Shown here: positions 38,711 through 47,234 of the stretch, piece by piece
Position numbering within the stretch: position 1 is the first letter of the stretch
How the letters are laid out: each line of letters starts with the position of its first letter
NCBI GenBank assembly: GCA_021780755.1
Contig: JAJXYF010000014.1
Location: forward strand, 31,888 to 95,887
Reading direction: 5' to 3'
Length of the DNA: 64,000 bases
From: Deltaproteobacteria bacterium
GTDB taxonomy: Bacteria; Desulfobacterota; Binatia; Binatales; Binataceae
Made by a program: the position numbers and the translations under genes
The notes under the pieces: generated by a model
Told to the model about the DNA's origin: nothing
Database searches by the model: none
Seen by the model: only the letters and a program-made list of their open reading frames with translations

Positions 38711-39777
38711 GTATCGAAGTCCGCCGTATCGCGAAGAATTTCGGGAGCTTCGTCGCGCTCGACGACGTGAGTCTGGAGATTCCGACCGGCGAGCTGGTCG
38801 CGCTGCTGGGGCCGTCGGGTTCGGGCAAGACCACGCTGCTGCGGATAATCGCCGGGCTCGAACTACCCGACCGCGGCGAGGTGCGTTTCGACCGCGAGGC
38901 GGCGACCAACCGCAGCGTGCGCGAGCGCAACGTCGGTTTCGTCTTTCAGCATTACGCGCTGTTCAAGCATATGACGGTGTTCGAGAACGTTGCGTTCGGC
39001 CTGCGCGTGCGCCCGCGCAAAATTCGTCCGCCCGAGGCTGAAATCCGCGCGAAGGTCCATGACCTGCTGAAGCTGGTGCAGCTCGACTGGTCGGGCGACC
39101 GCTACCCGTCGCAACTTTCGGGCGGGCAGCGCCAGCGAATCGCATTGGCCCGCGCGCTCGCGGTGGAGCCCAAGGTGCTGCTGCTCGACGAGCCTTTCGG
39201 CGCGCTCGATGCAAAGGTGCGCGAGGAGCTGCGCCGATGGCTGCGGCGGCTGCATGACGAACTGCACGTGACCAGTATCTTCGTGACGCATGACCAGGAG
39301 GAGGCGCTGGAGCTGGCGAATCGCGTGGTGGTGCTGAATAACGGCAAGATCGAGCAGGCAGGTACGCCCGAGGAGCTTTATCATCATCCGGCGACGCCGT
39401 TCGTTTACAATTTCCTCGGCAACGTGAACCTGTTCCACGGGCGGATCGAAAATGGCCGCCTCTATATTCGTGGGACCTCGGTCCCCGTCAACGGCCATAC
39501 CGACCTCGCCGGCTCGAATGGCAAGGATGCGATGGTCTATGTGCGGCCGCATCTGCTGGAGATCCATCTGCAGCCGATCGCGAAGGGGTCGTTTGCGGCG
39601 ACCGTCACGCATATCAATGCGGCGGGGCCGAAGGTGAAGGTTGAGCTGACTACTCATTGGGGCGACCCGGTGCAGGTCGAGATCGATCACGATCGCTATC
39701 GCGAGCTGAAGCTGGAGCGCGACGGCGAGGTCTATCTAAGCCCGCGCGAGAACCACGTGTTCGTGTATCAGATTTAG
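38707..39777 (+). CDS. cysA: sulfate ABC transporter ATP-binding protein CysA
   Basis: Walker [18 protein letters not shown] signature, Walker B LLLDEPF, and a C-terminal TOBE-like domain. Confidence 0.9.
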   Translation: MSIEVRRIAKNFGSFVALDDVSLEIPTGELVALLGPSGSGKTTLLRIIAGLELPDRGEVRFDREAATNRSVRERNVGFVFQHYALFKHMTVFENVAFGLRVRPRKIRPPEAEIRAKVHDLLKLVQLDWSGDRYPSQLSGGQRQRIALARALAVEPKVLLLDEPFGALDAKVREELRRWLRRLHDELHVTSIFVTHDQEEALELANRVVVLNNGKIEQAGTPEELYHHPATPFVYNFLGNVNLFHGRIENGRLYIRGTSVPVNGHTDLAGSNGKDAMVYVRPHLLEIHLQPIAKGSFAATVTHINAAGPKVKVELTTHWGDPVQVEIDHDRYRELKLERDGEVYLSPRENHVFVYQI

Positions 39778-39816
39778 CTGGATGAAAGCGGATTGGGAGA
39801 GTTGGCCGGCATCGGT

Positions 39817-40440
39817 TCATTCGAACATCTCGGGTTCGCGGGTGCTCAGCCAGCGCAAGCCCTGGTAGGCGTAATGCAGGCCCGCGCTCGCCGTGACTAC
39901 CAGCGTCAGGTAGAGCAACCCGTGCCAATATAGCGGCCACTTCAGCCGGGCCTGCGCCAATGCGCCGATCACGCAGCAAAGCTGAAGGAAGGTGCTGCCC
40001 TTGCCGAGGTAGGTCGGACGCATCGGCGGACGTTCGCCGGTAAAGAACGCGAACATAAAGTAGCCGAAGACGATGACTACATCGCGAATCAGCACGACGC
40101 CGAGCAGCCAGGCCGGGAAGGAGTTTTCGAACGTCAGCGCGACGAAGGCGCTGACCAGCAGGAGCTTGTCGGCGAAGGGATCGAGGTATGCGCCGATTTC
40201 GGTGCGCATATCAAACCAGCGGGCGACGGCGCCGTCGAGCCCGTCGGACAGCGCGGCGACGCCAAAGAGGTAGAGCGCGTCGGTGTAGCGATGTTTGCTG
40301 AGCAGGGCGAGGAAGAATGGGATCAGCACGATGCGCAGCAGGGTCAGCGCGTTGGGCAGGTTGAGGAGTTGGCCGAACGCGAGCCTATGGGTGGGCGCGG
40401 GTGGCGGAGTGGGATGACTGGACGCCGGAGGCATTGGCAA
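39817..40440 (-). CDS. pgsA: CDP-diacylglycerol--glycerol-3-phosphate 3-phosphatidyltransferase
   Basis: CDP-alcohol phosphatidyltransferase motif DGLDGAVAR...G...DPFADK. Multi-TM. Confidence 0.8.
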   Translation of the reverse strand: MPMPPASSHPTPPPAPTHRLAFGQLLNLPNALTLLRIVLIPFFLALLSKHRYTDALYLFGVAALSDGLDGAVARWFDMRTEIGAYLDPFADKLLLVSAFVALTFENSFPAWLLGVVLIRDVVIVFGYFMFAFFTGERPPMRPTYLGKGSTFLQLCCVIGALAQARLKWPLYWHGLLYLTLVVTASAGLHYAYQGLRWLSTREPEMFE

Positions 40441-40461
40441 GTTGCGCGGTGTGCCGATCGT

Positions 40462-41754
40462 TCAGGCGACCGCAGCTTTGCGCAGGCGTCCGGCGACCGG
40501 CACGCTGACCCGCGCGCGCATCGCGACCACGCCGTCGTGATATTCCTCGCTCAGCACTTCGCCGTCGCGTCGCGCCATCGCGATCAGGTCGCCGCGGTTG
40601 GCCGCGAGCGTGACGCTGACTTCTTCGCGCAGGCTGGCGAACGACCGCGCGATCGCATGGAGCAGGCGGTCGAGTCCCTCGCGGCGGAGCGCAGAGATCG
40701 CGACGGTCTCGAAGCCGTTGGTGACGCGCGGCGGGAATTCGAGCAGGTCGGCTTTGTTCATCACGATCAGACGGGGCGCGGCGCCCGCGCCGATCTCCTC
40801 GAGCACGCGATCGACGATCTCCATCTGCTCACCGGCGAGCGGTGAGCTGGCGTCAACCACGTGCAGCAGCAGGTCGGCGGTGCGCACCTCTTCGAGTGTG
40901 GCCTTGAAGGCCTCGACCAGCAGGTGGGGCAAGCGATGGATAAAGCCGACGGTGTCGGCGAGCATCACGGTGGACTTGCCCGGCAGGCTCAAGCGGCGAA
41001 TGGTCGGGTCGAGGGTCGAGAAGGGGCGATTGGCGGCCTCGACGCCGGCGTCGGTCAGCGCGTTCATCAGGGTGGATTTACCGGAGTTGGTGTAGCCGAC
41101 GAGCGCGACCGTCGGGTAGGGGACTTCGAGGCGGCGCTGGCGCTGAATCGAGCGGGTGCGCTCGACATCGCGGAGGCGGGTGCGCAGCCGGGTAAGGCGC
41201 TCGCGCACACGACGGCGGTCAACTTCAAGCTGGGTCTCGCCGGGACCGCGCGTGCCGATCCGTCCGCCACCGGCGCCGGAGCCGCCGGTCTGTCGCGACA
41301 GATGGCCCCATGCGCGGGTGAGGCGCGGCTGCAGGTAGCTCAACTGCGCGATCTCGACTTGCAGTTTGCCCTCGAGGGTGCGCGCGCGCTGCGCGAAGAT
41401 GTCGAGAATCAGTTGGCTGCGATCGACCACCCGCAGCTTGAGTTCGTTTTCGAGATTGCGGGCCTGCGCGGGGCTGAGCGCGTCGTCGAAAATGGCGAGG
41501 GTGGCGCCGCGCTCGTGTGCGAGTTCGCGGACTTCGGCGGCCTTGCCGCGCCCGATGAAGGTGCGCGGATCAATGTTCTTTAGTTTCTGCTGGACCTGCC
41601 CGGCGACTTCGGCGCCGGCGCTGGCGGCGAGAGCGCCGAGTTCGGCGAGTGAATCGTCGCTGGCGATGCCGACGGTTGAACCCAGTTCAACACCGACCAG
41701 GATGGCGCGTTCGGCGTTGTCGAAAGCTGGCGTGTGCGTAAGTCCCAGAGGCAA
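40462..41754 (-). CDS. hflX: GTPase HflX
   Basis: HflX N-terminal domain and G-domain (GYTNSGKSTL, DTVGF, NKAD). Confidence 0.85.
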   Translation of the reverse strand: MPLGLTHTPAFDNAERAILVGVELGSTVGIASDDSLAELGALAASAGAEVAGQVQQKLKNIDPRTFIGRGKAAEVRELAHERGATLAIFDDALSPAQARNLENELKLRVVDRSQLILDIFAQRARTLEGKLQVEIAQLSYLQPRLTRAWGHLSRQTGGSGAGGGRIGTRGPGETQLEVDRRRVRERLTRLRTRLRDVERTRSIQRQRRLEVPYPTVALVGYTNSGKSTLMNALTDAGVEAANRPFSTLDPTIRRLSLPGKSTVMLADTVGFIHRLPHLLVEAFKATLEEVRTADLLLHVVDASSPLAGEQMEIVDRVLEEIGAGAAPRLIVMNKADLLEFPPRVTNGFETVAISALRREGLDRLLHAIARSFASLREEVSVTLAANRGDLIAMARRDGEVLSEEYHDGVVAMRARVSVPVAGRLRKAAVA

Positions 41755-42255
41755 ATCTCCCGTTAATCAGTCAGTTCATTCTAGCAGAAGCGGCGGCTCC
41801 GTCTAAGGGAATCTTAAGGTGGCTAGTGGCAGTCCGTGGCGGTCGTATCGATTCCCTGGATGGCGAGCGGTTGAAGGCACGTTGAGAGGAGGCAAGACCT
41901 GTGGATTACGTAAAAAATATTTTCGCATTTGGCGGTCTGGTTTGAGGGATATCGCGGCCTTTTCCGCCGCGATCGACCGCCGACCGCATAATTATACTCC
42001 TTTTTCGATGAGGCCGCGCGGGTCGTGATTCGGAGGGGCGAGCCTCGGTGGGGCGAACCGCGACCTTAGCGAAGTTGGAGGGTGGTGGCGGAGAGCAGTT
42101 GCTTGATTCGGCGACACCCGCGGTTGCTTCTCCGGCGCCCGCATCTCGACTCTGTCTGGCCGATCTTTTACTAGCCGCGCCCCTCCTGTGGATACTGTGG
42201 GCAGCAGAGACGATGCTTACTTGCGCCTCTCCCACACCACCATAAAACTGCAAGT

Positions 42256-43116
42256 ATGACCAAGGAGAATGAGACGAGTGAGAAAGCGGGCATCAAACCT
42301 GACTATGGGCAAAACCGCACTCTAGCCCAACTGGCGAGCCAGTTTTTTCCGCCGATCGAATTCAACATTGAATCTCTGACCCTATTCGAGCCGAAGAACG
42401 ACATTCAAACGCTCTCGACATATTTGAATTCGGTTTACTGGAAGCTCGGCCTCGCGGACTACCACGTATCAAAAGCGTTGTCAGCGATCCCGAGTGTCAT
42501 ACCTAATGATGAACCGAACAAGGGTAGCGCAGCATCGGCAATACACATGGCGTTAATGCGGGGTCACCACGACGAAGAAGTTGACCGTATGGAAATTGCG
42601 ATGCTTGAGACCGAAGCGCACGGTATTGCGGCGGCACAAGCGTTAGACTCAGTACCGGATATTCTATCGCAGGCTTTGTATCTCGCCCTTCGGCTCGACC
42701 TCAAGAAACCGATGCTTGAAGGTTTGCGAACGGTGCAGAGCGTTACGCAGGCTCTTGAGGACGCTGCTCTCAATTCTGTCAGCACGGGACTGAAGGAACT
42801 GGTCAACTCCGAAACATTTGAGTACCTGCGCGCGTTCGTGAACACCACAAAGCACCGAAGTTTGATCGACAACCTCTTCCACAGGTCACTTGTGGACTCG
42901 GAAGACTATGGTTTGACGATTTGCGCCTTCCGTTACGAGGAACGCAGCGGCAAAGTCAAAGGCTGGCCGTCTAAGACGTTCAAGGAATTTCTGGAATATA
43001 CGGCGGTCTACATGTCGGCGGCTGTGGGCGCGATCCTTAGAACCGCTGAAGGTCTGCTCGCCAGCTTTGCGGGCTGGCCTGCCGAGCGATTCTGGTTCAA
43101 GCTAGAAAAAATATGA
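42256..43116 (+). CDS. hypothetical protein, alpha-helical, in low-GC insertion
   Basis: 286-aa ORF with clear coding periodicity in a roughly 50% GC segment. No domain recognised. Confidence 0.55.
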   Translation: MTKENETSEKAGIKPDYGQNRTLAQLASQFFPPIEFNIESLTLFEPKNDIQTLSTYLNSVYWKLGLADYHVSKALSAIPSVIPNDEPNKGSAASAIHMALMRGHHDEEVDRMEIAMLETEAHGIAAAQALDSVPDILSQALYLALRLDLKKPMLEGLRTVQSVTQALEDAALNSVSTGLKELVNSETFEYLRAFVNTTKHRSLIDNLFHRSLVDSEDYGLTICAFRYEERSGKVKGWPSKTFKEFLEYTAVYMSAAVGAILRTAEGLLASFAGWPAERFWFKLEKI

Positions 43117-43469
43117 AGGTACTTTTTCGCCATGCCGCCACGCTCGCGCTTATGGGCTGGTATCTGATGGTGCCGCCGATCACCGACCAAGGACAAGTCG
43201 AACTCGACGTACCGATGTTGCAATGGCAGCAGGCCGACGTATTCGATGCCGCTTCGGCTTGTCAGCACGAAAAGGAGAACGAGCTTGTGTGCGATGCGGC
43301 GATCATCTCTCGAGGCACGGCAAGCGATATCAACCACTCTTGCGGTTTCGCAGCCGGAACCACTCCCCGTATCGATGATGTAATACGACTGGCAGCGCGA
43401 TTTCGGCTAAAGCGTTATGCGCACGCTCTATGCGTTGCATCTGACGATCCGCGCCTCAAGGGGAATTGA
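43113..43469 (+). CDS. hypothetical small protein with hydrophobic N-terminus and 4 Cys, in low-GC insertion
   Basis: 118 aa. ATG overlaps the stop of the upstream ORF (ATGA), indicating a two-gene operon. N-terminal MKVLFRHAATLALMGWYLMVPP looks signal-peptide-like. Confidence 0.5.
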   Translation: MKVLFRHAATLALMGWYLMVPPITDQGQVELDVPMLQWQQADVFDAASACQHEKENELVCDAAIISRGTASDINHSCGFAAGTTPRIDDVIRLAARFRLKRYAHALCVASDDPRLKGN

Positions 43470-43481
43470 GGATGTTCCAGC

Positions 43482-43503
43482 GCGCCGGATTCGGCACTTT
43501 TAC
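43482..43503 (+). terminator. weak hairpin plus T-tract after the two-gene island operon
   Basis: GCGCCG-gatt-CGGCAC followed by TTTTA, 15 bp after the stop at 43469. Confidence 0.25.
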
Positions 43504-43524
43504 AGATAAGTTCACCACTGCGAT

Positions 43525-46500
43525 TCAGCGGAGTTGGAGGGCGGAGGGGGACAGGAGTTGGTGGATTTCGGCGACGAAGCCTTCGGTCGGGGCGACGCGA
43601 TAGCCGTCGCCGAGCAGGAAGACCGCCTCGCGGCCGTCGTCGAAGCCGAGATGGAGGTAGGTGATCGAGGTGCCGGGGTAGCGCCGCAGGAGTTCCTTGA
43701 GCTGCGCCATCTCGCCGTTGGCCAGGCGCTCGCGGGGCGCGCGGATGCGGACCTCGCGCACGGCCTCGGTCAGGGCGGCGCCGATGGGGCGCAGGTCGTC
43801 CACGATGATTTGCGCGCGCTCGTCGTCAACGTCGAGCTTGCCGCGCGCCACCAGCGGTTCGTCGCCCATGATCACCGCCTCGAATTTCTGGTAGGCCTCG
43901 GGCCACACGATACATTCGACGGCGCCGTCGCGGTCCTCGAGCGAGAACGTCGCGTAGCGCTTGCCCGACTTGTTGTTCTTGAGCTTGACCGCCTGCACCA
44001 CACCGGCGAGGCGCACCTGGCTGCCGTCGGGCGCTGAGGGCAGGTCGGCGGTGGTCAGTTTGCCGATGCGCTTGAGTTCGCGGTCGTACTTATCGAGCGG
44101 ATGGGCGGTGATGTAGAAGCCGAGCGTCTCCTTCTCGAACTTCAGAATTTCCTTTTGCGGCAATTCCTCGACCGTTTCGCGCAGCGCGAGTATCGGGGTG
44201 TCGCCGCTCTTGCCGAACAGCCCGATCTGATTACGCGCGGCGTCGCTCTCGGCCTTCTGGGTGATCTTGAGCGCGTCCTCGACCAGCGCGAGCAGGGCCG
44301 CCCGCGACATGCCGGTGAAGCCCATCGCGCCGCATTTGATGAGCGCCTCGAGCACGCGGCGATTGACGATCTGGGTGCCGACACGCATGCAGAAGTCGGC
44401 GAGGTTTTTGAACTCGCCGCCGGCCTCGCGCATCGCGATAATCTCTTCGGCGGACTTCTGGCCGACGCCGCGAATCGCGCCCAGCCCGAAGCGAATCGCC
44501 TCGCCGCTGACGGTGAATTTGACCCGGCTCTGATTGACGTCGGGCGGCAGAATCGCGATGCGCATCTCGCGCAGCGCCGCGATGTTCTTGTAGCTCTTGC
44601 CGGTGTCGTCCATATCGAGCGACATCAGCGCGGCCATGAACTCGCGCGGGAAATGCGCCTTCAAGTAGGCGGTGGTGTAAGTCGTTAGCGCGTAGGCGGC
44701 GGCGTGCGAGCGATTGAAGCCGTACGAGGCGAAGGTCTGGATTTTCTCGAAGATGGATTCCGCGAGGCCCTTGTTGACGCCGTTTTTGACGGCGCCGGAG
44801 ATAAAGCGTTCGCGCTCACGCTCCATCACGGCGAGCTGCTTCTTGCCCATCGCGGCGCGCAGAATATCGGCTTCCTCGAGGGTGTAGCCGGCGAGCGCCT
44901 GCGCGGCGCGCATCACCTGTTCCTGATAAATGATGACGCCGTAGGTGTCGCGCAGCACCGGTTCGAGCAGTGGATGGTCGTACTCGACCGGCTCCTTGCC
45001 GTGCTTGCGATGGATAAACGGCTCGACCATCCCGGCGTCGAGGGTGCCGGGACGAAAGAGCGAGATCGCGGCGATCACGTCCTCGAAGCAGTTGGGCTTG
45101 AGCTCGGTCAGGAAGCGGCGCATGCCGGAGCCTTCCATCTGGAAGACGCCGACGGTGTCGCCGCGCGCGAGCAGGCGAAAGCTGTCGGGGTCATCGAGCG
45201 CGAGGCGCGTGAGGTCGGGTGCGGTCTGGCCGCTGGCGGTGATGAGGTCGAGGGTGTTGGTGATCAGGGTGAGGTTCTTGAGCGCGAGGAAGTCGAACTT
45301 GATGAGGCCGATTTCCTCGACCCCCTTCATCGAATACTGGGTGATCGAAATCGCTTCCTCGGAGCGCTCCTTGTCAACGTAGAGCGGCACCATGTCGGCG
45401 AGCGGCAGGTCCGAGATGACGACGCCGGCGGCGTGCCGCGAGGCGTGGCGCAGGAGGCCTTCGAGCTTGAAGGCGTAGTCGAAGAGTTCGGGATTTTTCT
45501 TGCGCTCGTCGGCGAGGCGCGGCTCCATCTCGAGGGCGTCTTTGAGCGGGAAGTCGCGACCCTGCTTGGGTGCCGGATAGAGTTTGACGATGCGATCGGT
45601 TTCGGCGAAGGAGAGTCCGAGCACGCGGCCGACGTCGCGAATCGCCTGCTTGCCCTTGATGGTACCGAACGTGATGATCTGGGCGACGCGATCGTCGCCG
45701 TACTTTTTGCGCACGTAGGTAAGCACTTCATCGCGGCGCTCGAAGCAGAAGTCGACGTCGATATCGGGCATCGATTTGCGCCCCGGATTGAGCCAGCGCT
45801 CGAAGAGCAGCTTGTGCTCGATCGGATCGACCTCGGTGATGCGCAATGCGTAGGAGATCAGGCTGCCGACGACCGAGCCGCGGCCGGGCCCGACCGGGAT
45901 GCCGATGGAGCGCGCGTAGTTGATGAAGTCGGCGACGATCAGCATGTAGCCGGAGAAGCCCATTTCGCGGATGACCGGCATCTCGCGGTCGAAGCGCTCG
46001 AAGTAGGGCGTTTCGTCGAAGTCGCCGCGGCGCGCGTGCATCTCGGTGAGGCGCACGGCCAGTCCGTCGCGGACGTTGCGGTCGAGCAATTCCTCGAGCT
46101 TGGCGTCGGTGAGTTCGTTCGCGCTCGAGTCGGGTCGAAAAATCGGAAAGTGAAACTTGCCGAATTCGAAGTCGAAGTCGATGCGGTTGGCGATCTCGAC
46201 GCTGTTGCGCACCGGTTCGGAATCGGCGCCGAAGGCCGCGGCCATTTCGGCCGGCGTCTTGACGTAAAGCTCATCGGTATCGAAGCGCCAGCGCGACTCG
46301 TCGGCCATGGTCTTGCCGGTCTGGATACAGAGCAGGACCTCGTGGGCCTTGGCGTCGTCGCGATGCAGATAATGGCAATCGTTGGTGGCGACCAGCGGGA
46401 GGCCCTCGGTGCGGCCGATATCGCGCAGCCGATCGTTGAGCGGGCCGTGCAGGGCGTTGTCCTGGAGTTCGAGGTAGAAGCGGCCGGGGAAGGTGCGCGC

Positions 46501-47001
46501 ATACCAGGCGGCGGCTTCGCGCGCGCGGTCCATGCGATCGGCCTTGAGCGCGCGTGCGATCTCGCCGGAGAGGCATCCGGAGAGCACGATCAATCCGTCG
46601 GAGAGTTCGGCGAGGATTTCCTTGTCGATGCGCGGTTTGTAGTAGAGGCCTTCCTTGTAGGCGGCGGTCAGGAGGCGGCACAGATTGCGGTAGCCGACGC
46701 GGTTTTGCGCGAGCAGGATCAGATGGAAGTTACCACCCGCTTCGTAGTCTTCGCTCTTGTTGTGGGGGATGCGGTCGCTGCGTTTGCCCGGCGCGAGATA
46801 GGCTTCGCATCCGATGATCGGCTTGATCCCGGCGGCCTTGGCCTTGGCGTAGAACTCGACCGCGCCGAACATGTTGCCATGGTCGGTCATCGCGATCGCG
46901 GGCATGCCGGATTTCTTCGCGTGTTCGATCAGCGGGCCGATCTTGTTGGCGCCGTCGAGCAGGCTGTACTGGGTATGGACGTGCAGATGAACGAAACTCA
47001 T
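43525..47001 (-). CDS. dnaE: DNA polymerase III alpha subunit
   Basis: 1158 aa. PHP domain (HLHVHTQYSLLDG), polymerase core and OB-fold regions. Confidence 0.95.
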   Translation of the reverse strand: MSFVHLHVHTQYSLLDGANKIGPLIEHAKKSGMPAIAMTDHGNMFGAVEFYAKAKAAGIKPIIGCEAYLAPGKRSDRIPHNKSEDYEAGGNFHLILLAQNRVGYRNLCRLLTAAYKEGLYYKPRIDKEILAELSDGLIVLSGCLSGEIARALKADRMDRAREAAAWYARTFPGRFYLELQDNALHGPLNDRLRDIGRTEGLPLVATNDCHYLHRDDAKAHEVLLCIQTGKTMADESRWRFDTDELYVKTPAEMAAAFGADSEPVRNSVEIANRIDFDFEFGKFHFPIFRPDSSANELTDAKLEELLDRNVRDGLAVRLTEMHARRGDFDETPYFERFDREMPVIREMGFSGYMLIVADFINYARSIGIPVGPGRGSVVGSLISYALRITEVDPIEHKLLFERWLNPGRKSMPDIDVDFCFERRDEVLTYVRKKYGDDRVAQIITFGTIKGKQAIRDVGRVLGLSFAETDRIVKLYPAPKQGRDFPLKDALEMEPRLADERKKNPELFDYAFKLEGLLRHASRHAAGVVISDLPLADMVPLYVDKERSEEAISITQYSMKGVEEIGLIKFDFLALKNLTLITNTLDLITASGQTAPDLTRLALDDPDSFRLLARGDTVGVFQMEGSGMRRFLTELKPNCFEDVIAAISLFRPGTLDAGMVEPFIHRKHGKEPVEYDHPLLEPVLRDTYGVIIYQEQVMRAAQALAGYTLEEADILRAAMGKKQLAVMERERERFISGAVKNGVNKGLAESIFEKIQTFASYGFNRSHAAAYALTTYTTAYLKAHFPREFMAALMSLDMDDTGKSYKNIAALREMRIAILPPDVNQSRVKFTVSGEAIRFGLGAIRGVGQKSAEEIIAMREAGGEFKNLADFCMRVGTQIVNRRVLEALIKCGAMGFTGMSRAALLALVEDALKITQKAESDAARNQIGLFGKSGDTPILALRETVEELPQKEILKFEKETLGFYITAHPLDKYDRELKRIGKLTTADLPSAPDGSQVRLAGVVQAVKLKNNKSGKRYATFSLEDRDGAVECIVWPEAYQKFEAVIMGDEPLVARGKLDVDDERAQIIVDDLRPIGAALTEAVREVRIRAPRERLANGEMAQLKELLRRYPGTSITYLHLGFDDGREAVFLLGDGYRVAPTEGFVAEIHQLLSPSALQLR

Positions 47002-47234
47002 CGTGAAGCGAGCGCCTCCTCCTCAGCCGCAAGTGATGCGCCGCCGCGATGGCAGCGCGCCAGACGTTCGCATTATAGCGCGACGGGGCACATCGGGGAT
47101 GGGCGGTGCGTCACGGATGCCCACAGGCGCGGGCGATGGGATCGCGCCTGTGGGCGGGCTGTGGCGCGACGGCAGAGGGCGCCGAAGCATCGCTCCGGCG
47201 CCCTCTGTATCGCGGCCATCCGAGGGGCTCTCGC

